Below, piece by piece: positions 7,837 through 16,659 of a DNA stretch of 39,663 bases (position 1 is the first letter of the stretch; every line of letters begins with the position of its first letter). A program made the position numbers and the translations under genes. The stretch lies in the UHGV virus genome UHGV-1361890; one strand, written 5' to 3'. The DNA is from a virus. Below the pieces are notes generated by a model. It saw only the letters and a program-made list of their open reading frames with translations, ran no database searches and was not told the origin of the DNA.

Positions 7837-8703
7837 GTGGCTGAAAGAAGAATGTTTGCAAAGACCATCATTGATAGCGATGCATTTTTAGACATGCCGC
7901 TGTCAACTCAATCTCTTTACTTTCATTTGTCAATGCGAGCGGATGATGATGGATTTATTAATAATCCTAAGAAAATCCAACGAATGGTTGGATGTGGAGA
8001 TGATGATCTAAAGCTATTAATGGCCAAAAGATTCATTTTAGTTTTTGATAGCGGAGTTATTGTTATCAAGCATTGGAAAATTCATAACTATATTCGAAAT
8101 GATCGATACAAACCAACTCTATATCAAGAAGAAAAGGCTGAATTAGCTGAGAAAAATAGTAAGGCATATACCTTTAAAACCGAGGTTATAGAGAGTGAAA
8201 AACATCTTGGTATACCAGATGACAACCGCATGGGATACCAAATGGATACACAGGTTAGGTTAGGTAAGGATAGGTTAGTTAAGGATAAAAAAAAGAATAG
8301 TGTTGAGCCGAGCTCAACTATGCCTGAATTATTCGAAAAAGTTTGGAAAACTTATCCAAAGAAAACCAACAAGAAAAAAGCTAGAGAACAATTTTTAAAG
8401 AAGTTCAAGACGGAAGAAGATTTAGAGTCGTTTAAAAAAGGATATAAAGACTATCTTGCATATATTAAATTAAACGATTGGTACCATCCACAAGAATTAT
8501 TTCGTTGGATACGTGATGACCGTTATAACGATGAATATGATTTATCTCAAACAAATAAACTGCCAGCCTATTCTAAGGTGCCAATGAGACAAGAAAAGTT
8601 ACCTGAATGGGCTAACAATCAGAAGCAAGAAGAAGAGAAACTTTCGTCAGAGGAACAAGCTGAGCTTGATAGACAAATAAAAGAATACTTGGAGGGTAAA
8701 TGA
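7837..8703 (+). CDS. Phage replisome organiser (Phage_rep_org_N)
   Basis: The N-terminus MAERRMFAKTIIDSDAFLDMPLSTQSLYFHLSMRADDDGFINNP matches the replisome-organiser N-terminal domain. Confidence 0.75.
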   Translation: MAERRMFAKTIIDSDAFLDMPLSTQSLYFHLSMRADDDGFINNPKKIQRMVGCGDDDLKLLMAKRFILVFDSGVIVIKHWKIHNYIRNDRYKPTLYQEEKAELAEKNSKAYTFKTEVIESEKHLGIPDDNRMGYQMDTQVRLGKDRLVKDKKKNSVEPSSTMPELFEKVWKTYPKKTNKKKAREQFLKKFKTEEDLESFKKGYKDYLAYIKLNDWYHPQELFRWIRDDRYNDEYDLSQTNKLPAYSKVPMRQEKLPEWANNQKQEEEKLSSEEQAELDRQIKEYLEGK

Positions 8704-9011
8704 TGAATGAATTAGTTAAATTAATTGAGAAATGGGCAAGAGAAAAAAATCTAGATATCGCAGAGCCTGAGAAACAAATGCTAAAAGTGGTTGAAGAAGT
8801 CGGAGAAGTCGCAGCAGCATTAGCAAGAAATAATAAAAATGATTTAAGGGATGGTATCGGTGATGTTGTTGTGACACTAGTTATTCTTGCTATGCAAAAT
8901 GATATGGATTTATACGAATGTCTGAACCAAGCGTATAACGAGATTAAAGATCGTAAGGGAAAAAATGTCAATGGTGTGTTCGTTAAGGAGAGTGATTTGA
9001 ATGATAAATAA
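8700..9011 (+). CDS. MazG-like nucleotide pyrophosphohydrolase
   Basis: The motif [12 protein letters not shown]...[14 protein letters not shown] is an EExxE...D MazG signature. 103 aa. Confidence 0.7.
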   Translation: MMNELVKLIEKWAREKNLDIAEPEKQMLKVVEEVGEVAAALARNNKNDLRDGIGDVVVTLVILAMQNDMDLYECLNQAYNEIKDRKGKNVNGVFVKESDLNDK

Positions 9012-9528
9012 TGTGGTATTAGTCGGAAGATTGACAAAAGATCTTGATTTACGCTACACCGCAAGTGGTTCTGCAGTTGGAAGCTTTACTCTTGCTGTGA
9101 ACCGTAACTTTACAAACCAAAACGGCGAACGAGAAGCGGATTTTATCAACTGTGTAATTTGGCGTAAGCCTGCTGAAACAATGGCTAATTATACTCGTAA
9201 AGGAACATTATTAGGAGTTGTTGGCAGAATTCAAACTCGTAATTATGACAACCAACAAGGCCAACGTGTCTATGTGACTGAAGTTGTTTGCGAGAGTTTC
9301 CAATTATTAGAGCCAAAAAGCGCCAATGAGAATAGAAATAGCATTCAGATGTCACAGAATGACGGTACAAGCGTTCAAAACAATTTCGAGGGTAATTATG
9401 CCACGAATCAAAACAAAGGCTTAAATCAGCAAAATAACAGCCAACAAATGTCGTTTGGTGGAGATGTAGATCCGTTCGCAGGTGCAGGTAATTCAATCGA
9501 CATTAGCGATGATGATCTGCCTTTTTAG
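9001..9528 (+). CDS. ssb: Single-stranded DNA-binding protein
   Basis: OB-fold N-terminus [31 protein letters not shown] and an acidic C-terminal tail ending DDDLPF. Confidence 0.9.
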   Translation: MINNVVLVGRLTKDLDLRYTASGSAVGSFTLAVNRNFTNQNGEREADFINCVIWRKPAETMANYTRKGTLLGVVGRIQTRNYDNQQGQRVYVTEVVCESFQLLEPKSANENRNSIQMSQNDGTSVQNNFEGNYATNQNKGLNQQNNSQQMSFGGDVDPFAGAGNSIDISDDDLPF

Positions 9529-9539
9529 GAGGTTAAAAA

Positions 9540-9869
9540 ATGAACAGTGTAATTTTTGAAGATATAGCACGTATTCAAGCTGAAAAAAAGCAAAAGCGAA
9601 AAGAAATGCTTAAGTTAATGAATGAAAACCCAGATTGGTATAGACATCCAAAAAGCATGGTCTATCGTCAAATTAAAATGCTTGGTAAGGATATCGGTGA
9701 GCAAACAATGGATAAATCTAAACCAATCAGCTCAATTGATAAAGACAAGTTCACCATTCAAGAATATTTGTATTTGCAGTGGATTGGTTATTCAGTAAAT
9801 GCAATCATAGAAGCGTTAGGAATGCCTAGAAGCAAATTTTGGGAATATAAAGCTGAACATTTAAATTAG
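9540..9869 (+). CDS. Hypothetical protein with a C-terminal HTH-like segment
   Basis: 109 aa with a strong RBS (GGAGG). Confidence 0.45.
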   Translation: MNSVIFEDIARIQAEKKQKRKEMLKLMNENPDWYRHPKSMVYRQIKMLGKDIGEQTMDKSKPISSIDKDKFTIQEYLYLQWIGYSVNAIIEALGMPRSKFWEYKAEHLN

Positions 9870-9888
9870 ATTTATGAAATGAAAGTGA

Positions 9889-10095
9889 GTGTTCATTTTG
9901 CTGGAGATTTATTACACGCCAACATCCGCTATTATTGCGGATGCATTGGCTAGAAAATATGAGGTCGTTTCTTTAGACAAAGCTAGAAATATTGCCAATA
10001 AATTTAAGGCTAGTTTAAAGCAGAAAACGGACCTTTATGTGATTGAAAGTATTTTGATTGATGCTGGTTATAAAAAAGAGCCAGTGAATTTGTGA
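9889..10095 (+). CDS. Hypothetical protein
   Basis: 68-aa ORF with a GTG or TTG start. Confidence 0.3.
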   Translation: MFILLEIYYTPTSAIIADALARKYEVVSLDKARNIANKFKASLKQKTDLYVIESILIDAGYKKEPVNL

Positions 10096-10613
10096 GGAAG
10101 GAGTGGAGGTTTGGTCGACCACAAAGAATTCTTTACTCCTTTGAAATTATGAAAAGAATACTTGATGCCTGTTGTGGTAGCAGAATGTTTTGGTTTGATA
10201 AGCAAAACGAACAAGTTTTGTTTATGGACAACAGAGAACATTACGAAAAATTAGACAGTGGGCATGTTATCGATGTTAATCCTAACCTTGTTGCAGATTT
10301 TAGAAAGATGCCTTTTGAAGATAACTCGTTTTATCATGTAGTATTTGACCCTCCGCATTTATTGAGAGCCGGTAGTAACAGCTGGTTGGCCAAAAAATAT
10401 GGGAAGTTGAATGAGCAAACTTGGAAAGAAGATATACAAAAAGGTTTTTCTGAGTGTATGAGGGTTTTGAAGCCGAATGGGACTCTAGTTTTTAAATGGA
10501 ATGAGGACCAAATCAAGCTAACTGAAATATTAAGCATAATTGATTATAAGCCATTATATGGCAATAAAAGAGCAAAAACACATTGGTTAGTATTTATGAA
10601 AGCGGGTGAATAA
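10092..10613 (+). CDS. Small orphan DNA methyltransferase (N6-adenine/N4-cytosine class); the real start is probably the ATG at 10152
   Basis: AdoMet motif I (ILDACCGSRMFWF) and a motif IV-like DPPH (VVFDPPHLL). No cognate restriction enzyme is present. Confidence 0.55.
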   Translation: MRKEWRFGRPQRILYSFEIMKRILDACCGSRMFWFDKQNEQVLFMDNREHYEKLDSGHVIDVNPNLVADFRKMPFEDNSFYHVVFDPPHLLRAGSNSWLAKKYGKLNEQTWKEDIQKGFSECMRVLKPNGTLVFKWNEDQIKLTEILSIIDYKPLYGNKRAKTHWLVFMKAGE

Positions 10614-10614
10614 G

Positions 10615-10935
10615 ATGAATGAGCAAATAAATTTGCTTGAGTTAGATAATGATAAACTTTGGCAATTTTATGGGCATTATTGTAATGACGATTGGTCCGC
10701 TAAGACAGAGACCGTGAATGGTGTTACTGATATAGTGCTAGGTTTTAGCGTTAAACTAACGAAAAATGAACTGAAAAAAATATGCAGAGATGCCATCGAA
10801 ATAAGCAGAATTAAGTATGGATATTCCGTTAGGTTTTTAACAAATAATGTAAAGAAAGAGCTGTTCGTTCGTTTTGACAACTACACCACTAGTAAAAAAA
10901 GAGATGTCTTTGAACATATAAATTTATATTTTTAA
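10615..10935 (+). CDS. Hypothetical protein
   Basis: The ATG at 10615 has an RBS GGGTGA. The ORF track extends to the GTG at 10606. Confidence 0.4.
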   Translation: MNEQINLLELDNDKLWQFYGHYCNDDWSAKTETVNGVTDIVLGFSVKLTKNELKKICRDAIEISRIKYGYSVRFLTNNVKKELFVRFDNYTTSKKRDVFEHINLYF

Positions 10936-10946
10936 ACGGAAAGCGA

Positions 10947-11267
10947 GTGAAGAAGATGATAAGAAAGTCAGATAAAATTCGTGCATGGGAATTACAAATG
11001 ATGTCTCAAAAAATCAGAGTTTTGAGTGGTTTAAGTACAGGTCCAACTGTCACTGTTATGGAAATAGGCAAGTCGTGGCTTGACCATGAGCCGTTGTATA
11101 ACAAACTTTCTGCTGCTATTTATCACAATAACAATTTAATTCATTTGTCAAAAGATGACGAAGGCTATTCTTACAACGCAGAACAATATGAAAAAGCTGT
11201 CAACGATTTTTGGAAAATAAACGCAGAGAATTTTAATGAACCATGTGAAAAGCGGCCTGTCTACTAA
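10947..11267 (+). CDS. Hypothetical protein
   Basis: 106-aa ORF. Alternative start at ATG 10956. Confidence 0.4.
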   Translation: MKKMIRKSDKIRAWELQMMSQKIRVLSGLSTGPTVTVMEIGKSWLDHEPLYNKLSAAIYHNNNLIHLSKDDEGYSYNAEQYEKAVNDFWKINAENFNEPCEKRPVY

Positions 11268-11300
11268 TAAAAATCAGATAAAGAAAAGAGAGTGGAGAAG

Positions 11301-11756
11301 ATGATTCCAAAGTTTAGAGCGTGGGATAAGCGTAGTAAAGAGATGTGGAAGGTATCAACTTTACACATTGAAGATGAATATGTAGATCTATTCAAAAAAA
11401 ATATATATGAAAATCCGCTTAATGATCCGTGGGCTAAATTTGGAGATGCGATCCTCATGCAAGCAACAGGCTTTAAAGATGATAACGGAGTTGAAATTTT
11501 TGAAGGAGACGTGGTCAACATTCATTGGTTTTATACGGATTATGATCCTGAAACTCTCGGAGCTATTGAAAACGAAGCGACAGCAGAAAAAGTAGTGATA
11601 ACAAAAGAATTTGGAAATCTTGGATTCTGGTGGAATAGCGGTGATGATTGGGTTGATTTGGCAACGTTGGCACTTACTGTCCAATTGCATGAAGAATCAT
11701 TCGAGCTTTTAGGCAATATCCACGAAAATCCAGAATTATTGGAGGGAACAGAATGA
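11301..11756 (+). CDS. YopX-family phage protein
   Basis: The start MIPKFRAWDK and the motif LMQATGFKDDNGVEIFEGDVV match the YopX family pattern. ATG at 11301 with an RBS GGAG. Confidence 0.65.
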   Translation: MIPKFRAWDKRSKEMWKVSTLHIEDEYVDLFKKNIYENPLNDPWAKFGDAILMQATGFKDDNGVEIFEGDVVNIHWFYTDYDPETLGAIENEATAEKVVITKEFGNLGFWWNSGDDWVDLATLALTVQLHEESFELLGNIHENPELLEGTE

Positions 11757-12109
11757 GTAAACAAGAACTAGTAGATAAAAACGAAGTATTGAGTATTTGG
11801 CATAATTATTGGGAATCAGATAAATTGGCTTATGAAGCAGAGGACGAGTTAAGAGAGCTAAAAACGATAATATGTATTACAGAACTCAACGAAAATCAGC
11901 AGATTGTGCTGGATTGGTTGAAAGAAAATGTTGGACAAGATAACGCAAGTCCAATGTGCGCTGTCTTTCTCCTAGGGGAATGGCAGACAAGAATAGGATC
12001 AAAAGAGCTTAGGAGCGTAGATATATCTTATTGTTGTTTGAATTCAAAGCAACAAGCGGAAGTTTTAAATGCGTTTAGCCAGTGGTCCTTGGAACAGGAG
12101 GAAGAGTGA
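11753..12109 (+). CDS. Hypothetical protein
   Basis: 118-aa ORF, coupled to the upstream gene by an ATGA overlap. Confidence 0.4.
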   Translation: MSKQELVDKNEVLSIWHNYWESDKLAYEAEDELRELKTIICITELNENQQIVLDWLKENVGQDNASPMCAVFLLGEWQTRIGSKELRSVDISYCCLNSKQQAEVLNAFSQWSLEQEEE

Positions 12110-12351
12110 TGTTCAAATGTGTAGCTGTAGTGAATGATTCGACAGGTGAATTTGCATATATACTAAGCGACTATATTTCGAGATTCCCATCAAAGGTTCC
12201 TGTATATGCAACAAATATTGAACAGTTAAAACAATATGGAGAATTTGGCGAGAACGAATTATATAAAGTGGAAACGTGCGATGGTTTTTATCATATCGTA
12301 AGCTCAGAAAAATATTCGTTTATTTTCGAGGAACAGGAGGAAGCGGAATGA
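12082..12351 (+). CDS. Hypothetical protein
   Basis: 89-aa ORF. Confidence 0.35.
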   Translation: MVLGTGGRVMFKCVAVVNDSTGEFAYILSDYISRFPSKVPVYATNIEQLKQYGEFGENELYKVETCDGFYHIVSSEKYSFIFEEQEEAE

Positions 12352-12584
12352 TTATCCAATCTAGTAAAAAATTATCAAAATGTTCGAAACAAGAACTATT
12401 ATTGATAATTCAAGCAGAAGTAGAAAACAGACAGAAGCTAATAAATTTAATTGATAAAGAATACGACAATTGGAACAAAAATATCGAAGATGGAAGGTTT
12501 CCTAATTATCAGTCTAGTGAACGTAAAGCATTTTTGGATGGCATTGAAGCAGCAACGAATATTGTGAAGAATTTTTGGGGGTAA
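12348..12584 (+). CDS. Hypothetical protein
   Basis: The ATG at 12348 overlaps the upstream stop (ATGA) and has an RBS GGAGG. Confidence 0.35.
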   Translation: MIIQSSKKLSKCSKQELLLIIQAEVENRQKLINLIDKEYDNWNKNIEDGRFPNYQSSERKAFLDGIEAATNIVKNFWG

Positions 12585-12589
12585 TCAGA

Positions 12590-12913
12590 ATGAAACTATA
12601 TCGATATGAAAGTTCAAAAAATACTGGACCTTGGACAGAAAGCTTAGTTCAAGCAAACAAAGAATACGAAGAGGAAAAAGACTACCTAATGGCTGATGAT
12701 CCAGATGAAGACGAAACAGTAAAGCTAGTCTCGATTGAGGTCCCAGAAGAGTTAATGGGTGAACTAGATGATGAATCCAAAGAAGTGAAACAGGCCATAT
12801 TAATGCCTGATCCAGATCGTTTAGAAGAAAATCCAAGAGAAGATGGCTATGACTTTGATTATTATGCTGCTTGGTCCGATGATATAGCGAAACGCAAGGA
12901 GGTATCGGAATGA
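12590..12913 (+). CDS. Highly acidic small protein, a candidate DNA-mimic/anti-restriction protein
   Basis: RBS GGGGG before the ATG at 12590. The sequence is full of D/E runs (DDPDEDETVKL, EELMGELDDESKE, DGYDFDYYAAWSDD). Confidence 0.4.
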   Translation: MKLYRYESSKNTGPWTESLVQANKEYEEEKDYLMADDPDEDETVKLVSIEVPEELMGELDDESKEVKQAILMPDPDRLEENPREDGYDFDYYAAWSDDIAKRKEVSE

Positions 12914-13122
12914 GTATGAGCATTCAACCAGGAGACAAAGTAAAGTATATCGGTAAAGGAGTTCCGCAATACACAAACCAATTTTTGGTAGTAAAAGCAG
13001 TATTAGTGAATGGGCTGATTCTTGAATTTCCTGACGAAGATAAAAGAGAGGTTGTACTGGAAGATTGTGGAATTTGGAAGGAAGAATCGTTAATCTGTGG
13101 ATTTGATGAAGTGGAGGAATAG
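12910..13122 (+). CDS. Hypothetical protein
   Basis: 70-aa ORF. Confidence 0.35.
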   Translation: MSMSIQPGDKVKYIGKGVPQYTNQFLVVKAVLVNGLILEFPDEDKREVVLEDCGIWKEESLICGFDEVEE

Positions 13123-13124
13123 CG

Positions 13125-13643
13125 ATGAATAAACAAGAATTGATTGAAAAGATAAAGTATGGACGTATGAACTATCCTAGTGACAGGTGGGACAAAGGGT
13201 ATAATTCAGCTCTAGAATACGTGATAAATATTGTACAGCAACTAGACGAACCGAAAAAAGTCATTGTGCCGAAGGTTGTGGCTGATTGGCTAGAATATAC
13301 TAAAAAGAAAGGTGATAGTCTAATTGATTCGTTCAACCCGTGGGATCTATACGGTGCTGAATACAGTGATGCTAATAGCTGGATCGATGATAATCAAGAA
13401 ACGTTTGCTCGTGCGTGGATTGATGGCTACGAAGTCGAGAAAGAGCCAAGATATGTAATAAGCGTTCCCGACGACAGTATTCATAAACACTATTTAGCTA
13501 GGTTTATAAATAATAATTTTGAGAAGCCTGTTTTTAGACATATTGGTGAAGAAGACCCGTTATTTTTTAAAGACAAAGCAAAAGCAGCGGTTATTGCTGA
13601 TTGGGTGAAAGGTACAGTTGAGCAGTGGGAGGAACAGCGATGA
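13125..13643 (+). CDS. Hypothetical protein (paralogue A)
   Basis: Starts MNKQELIEKI and contains QLDEPKKVIVP. The next gene is a paralogue. Confidence 0.45.
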   Translation: MNKQELIEKIKYGRMNYPSDRWDKGYNSALEYVINIVQQLDEPKKVIVPKVVADWLEYTKKKGDSLIDSFNPWDLYGAEYSDANSWIDDNQETFARAWIDGYEVEKEPRYVISVPDDSIHKHYLARFINNNFEKPVFRHIGEEDPLFFKDKAKAAVIADWVKGTVEQWEEQR

Positions 13644-14149
13644 ATAAACAAGAATTGATTGGTATTTTAGAAGGTTTAGAAGGTGATTCATTCATCGAAA
13701 AGTATAACGAAGGATATGATCAAGCAGTTCGTGACTGTTTGATTGCAGCAAAACAACTAGACGAACCGAAAAAAGTCGTTGTTCCGCCGATTATTGATAA
13801 ATTTATCAGGGCAAATATAGACCCTATTTATGAAATATGCGCGTGGTCAGATCATTACGGTAGCGATGGTAGAACATGTGAAGATTCTAAATTATCAGCA
13901 GTGATTAATTGGTATGGAAAAAATAGTAATGAATTTTATCGAGCTGTAATTAACGGTTACGAAGTCAAGGAAGAACCGCTATACGCAGTTAAAGGGCTTA
14001 CTGATTATTTTAGATATGGAAATGAAGTAATTCTTTTTAACGATAAACAAGAAGCATTGGATATTGCTAATAAAATCGGCGAATATTGTGATATTGAAGA
14101 ATTTGACTACGTTAATAATTCAAATTTCATATTAAGTAGGGAGTTTTAA
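13640..14149 (+). CDS. Hypothetical protein (paralogue B)
   Basis: Starts MNKQELIGIL and contains QLDEPKKVVVP plus a shared YEV(E/K)EP block. ATGA overlap with paralogue A. Confidence 0.45.
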   Translation: MNKQELIGILEGLEGDSFIEKYNEGYDQAVRDCLIAAKQLDEPKKVVVPPIIDKFIRANIDPIYEICAWSDHYGSDGRTCEDSKLSAVINWYGKNSNEFYRAVINGYEVKEEPLYAVKGLTDYFRYGNEVILFNDKQEALDIANKIGEYCDIEEFDYVNNSNFILSREF

Positions 14150-14371
14150 ATGATGAACACTAATGAGAAAGAGCAGCTTTACTATGTCGATTTTATAAAT
14201 GATGGGGATGTGCACAAACGATTAATTCTGGATCATGAAAATGGTAAATACAATATTGTTGACTGGTCAGATAATTTAATTGGATTGGTTCAAGAAATGT
14301 TCACTGAACAAGAAATCAAAGCAATTGATGAACGTTACTGGCCGTTTGCTGAGAAAGTTGATGGTGAATAA
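14150..14371 (+). CDS. Hypothetical protein
   Basis: 73-aa ORF. Confidence 0.35.
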   Translation: MMNTNEKEQLYYVDFINDGDVHKRLILDHENGKYNIVDWSDNLIGLVQEMFTEQEIKAIDERYWPFAEKVDGE

Positions 14372-14557
14372 ATGAAACGCAATTGGAAAAGAGTAATAAA
14401 TAAAGTTAGTGGCATTGCAATAATGATTCTTGTAGCAAAAGCAGCCGTGAGCTATTTCGTGTATAGCAATGACATAACAAGCAGTGACCTCGTTTATTTC
14501 CTTTCATGCTCGTTTATTTTGGGGTTAGGGCTATATTTAGGAGGTTCAAGTGTATGA
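14372..14557 (+). CDS. Small membrane protein
   Basis: Two hydrophobic helices. Confidence 0.3.
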   Translation: MKRNWKRVINKVSGIAIMILVAKAAVSYFVYSNDITSSDLVYFLSCSFILGLGLYLGGSSV

Positions 14558-14742
14558 GTTATCCAGAAGTTTATATCTTAGGAAGGCAAGTCGATGGCGT
14601 TTATGTTGAGTATCTGAGAAGAACCTTTTACACATTATCAGATGCTAAACATAATGCAGATTTTTATAACAAACACTATAATGGCGAATGGAAAATTTTA
14701 AAATACGGTAGACCGATAACAGTATTAGGAGATGATGATTAG
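14554..14742 (+). CDS. Hypothetical protein
   Basis: ATG at 14554 with an RBS TAGGAGG and an ATGA overlap. Confidence 0.35.
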   Translation: MSYPEVYILGRQVDGVYVEYLRRTFYTLSDAKHNADFYNKHYNGEWKILKYGRPITVLGDDD

Positions 14743-15162
14743 TTGCGGACGTCAACATTTAACTATATCAAAGATATCTTAGGAGACTATTATAAAACCG
14801 ATGACTATATTCGGCAACGCGAAGAAGAATTACGTTATCCATATAGAGAAAGTGATTTGAACAGTGGCATTAAAGGATCACACGGAAATAATGAAGCTGC
14901 TGCCAATTTACTTATTACGATTGAACAAGACAGACGGCTAGCAAGCTTAGAACGGAATAAACGCATTATTGACAAAGTGCTTAGCGAATCGTGTGAAGAT
15001 ACCATCACTATCATTCAAGAACTTCATTTTAAAAAACGGCCTAGATTCACTATGCAAGGATTAATTGATCAAGGGAAAATATTTTGTAGTAGAAGAAAGG
15101 CCTTCGAATTACAAAGAATATTTTTTGAAGAAATTGCAAAAGAATTAAATTTAGATATATAA
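14743..15162 (+). CDS. ArpU-family late-gene transcriptional regulator
   Basis: 139 aa with a TTG start. It occupies the conserved position immediately upstream of the packaging module. The C-terminal region resembles sigma-70 region 4. Confidence 0.5.
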   Translation: MRTSTFNYIKDILGDYYKTDDYIRQREEELRYPYRESDLNSGIKGSHGNNEAAANLLITIEQDRRLASLERNKRIIDKVLSESCEDTITIIQELHFKKRPRFTMQGLIDQGKIFCSRRKAFELQRIFFEEIAKELNLDI

Positions 15163-15412
15163 TTTGCACTATTTGTGCACTATCGAGGTTATTTCACATG
15201 GTAAATTAGTAGTGTGAGAAGTGTAAGGAAATCAAAAATAAATATTATCTCGTTGCTAACACTGATCACACTATCACTCGCAAACTGATACGTTCTCTTA
15301 TTAGAGGGGAGGTGAAGAGCCTTCTCTTTTTTTCTATAGGGTTGCGAGTGCTGCTATTATAAAAACTAAACCTTTGGTATACTTAAATAAAAAATTATCA
15401 GGGGTGTTTTAG
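15163..15412 (+). promoter_or_regulatory. 250-bp non-coding region with CACTAT/TAGTG repeats and an extended -10 (TGgTATACT, 15375-15383)
   Basis: TGCACTAT occurs at 15165-15172 and 15175-15182. CACACTATCACTC occurs near 15278. A likely late promoter and/or pac region. Confidence 0.35.
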
Positions 15413-16129
15413 ATGGAATGGTGGCAACTATGGGTTCCTTTTGGTGGAACTATAGCGGGAATTTTAGTAAATATATATATTAATTATAGACAGACAAAGA
15501 AAAATGAAGAACTTCAAAAGGAAATAACTCAAAAACAAATTGACGCTGATGTGATTTTAAAATCTAGAATTCATTGGATTGATAGTACCAAGAATATAGC
15601 TTCAGAATTTTTGATTGATTCATTGAAACTAGTAACTTTAAATGCAAATCTTATAGAACATTATCGTAATATAACTACATGTAGAGAACTGGAGCATAGA
15701 AACTTTTTGAAATTAAAAGAAAATAACCTTAGTTCAGAAGATAAAGAGACGGCTACCAAACTTAAGAAAACAATAGAAAAAGCAATTCTTGATTATAGAG
15801 AAATTGTTAGACAAAGTAACACCCAAGTTAATGAATTAATATACCAAACTTCCAAAAACAATACATTACTTTTATTGAATTTTAGTAATAATATTGAAAA
15901 TAATGAAATTATTAAATTGGTTGAATCTATAAATAGTAAGTTAAGAATAATAACTAATGAGACGAAAAAATTAGAAATTTTAGTTGGAGACGAAAAAGTA
16001 AATTGGGAAATAAAAATTGAAGAATCAACTGCTAGAAAAAAAGTCATTAATAAAGAAGTAGATGAATTAACTCTTAAGCTGAGAGATTATTACAAAAAAG
16101 AGTGGGAGAAAGTTAAAGCAGGTCTGTAG
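15413..16129 (+). CDS. AT-rich moron encoding a membrane-anchored coiled-coil protein (unknown function, candidate abortive-infection/exclusion factor)
   Basis: N-terminal TM helix WQLWVPFGGTIAGILVNIYINY followed by a long K/E/N-rich helical region. By eye the GC content is much lower than its neighbours. It has its own RBS and terminator. Confidence 0.6.
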   Translation: MEWWQLWVPFGGTIAGILVNIYINYRQTKKNEELQKEITQKQIDADVILKSRIHWIDSTKNIASEFLIDSLKLVTLNANLIEHYRNITTCRELEHRNFLKLKENNLSSEDKETATKLKKTIEKAILDYREIVRQSNTQVNELIYQTSKNNTLLLLNFSNNIENNEIIKLVESINSKLRIITNETKKLEILVGDEKVNWEIKIEESTARKKVINKEVDELTLKLRDYYKKEWEKVKAGL

Positions 16130-16140
16130 GAAATAATTAT

Positions 16141-16169
16141 AGATCACTCACTGAGTGGTCTATTTTTAT
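16141..16169 (+). terminator. Rho-independent terminator after the moron
   Basis: 8-bp stem AGATCACT/AGTGGTCT with one G.U pair and loop CACTG, followed by ATTTTTAT. Confidence 0.55.
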
Positions 16170-16197
16170 ACATAAAATTACATAGGAGGTGAATAAC

Positions 16198-16659
16198 ATG
16201 ATAAGGAATCCAAAACATCAGGTTTTTGCTGATGAATGGCTGATTGATATGAATGGTACGAGAGCGTATAAAGTCGCATATCCAAACATAAAAAAAGACA
16301 CCACAGCAAGAGTGAATGCAAGTAGACTGCTAACAGATGCTAACGTGAAGCAATATATTGATGAACAGCTAGAAAAGATGCAGAACGAAAGAGTTGCAGA
16401 TGCACAAGAGGTACTAGAGTATCTCACTAGCACCATGCGTGGTGAAAAAATGAAAGGTGTTTATAATACCGAAACAACTAATGATGAAGGGGAAATATTT
16501 ACGCATCAGAAAAGCTATGAATATACTCCTAGCACTGAAGAGAGGACTAAAGCAGCCGAATTACTTGGTAAACGTCATGCGCTGTTCACTGACAAGCAAC
16601 AAATAGAAGTTACTGAAATGCCAGTATTTGTTGATGATATCGGTGATGATGATGGTTAA
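16198..16659 (+). CDS. terS: Terminase small subunit (Terminase_2 family)
   Basis: FADEWLIDMNGTRAYKVAYPN...ASRLLTDANVKQYIDEQ fits the small-terminase pattern. RBS GGAGGTG before the ATG at 16198. Confidence 0.75.
   Translation: MIRNPKHQVFADEWLIDMNGTRAYKVAYPNIKKDTTARVNASRLLTDANVKQYIDEQLEKMQNERVADAQEVLEYLTSTMRGEKMKGVYNTETTNDEGEIFTHQKSYEYTPSTEERTKAAELLGKRHALFTDKQQIEVTEMPVFVDDIGDDDG

Noticed and set aside
8612-9064. 150-aa minus-strand ORF spanning the MazG and ssb genes
   Set aside because: It is antisense to two well-supported plus-strand genes and has no RBS.
15301-15335. Possible terminator after the ArpU gene (AGAGGGGAGGTGAAGAGCCTTCTCTTTTTTT)
   Set aside because: I could not build a convincing stem. 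GAAGAG and CTTCTC are not complementary in antiparallel register. The element is only a T-run.
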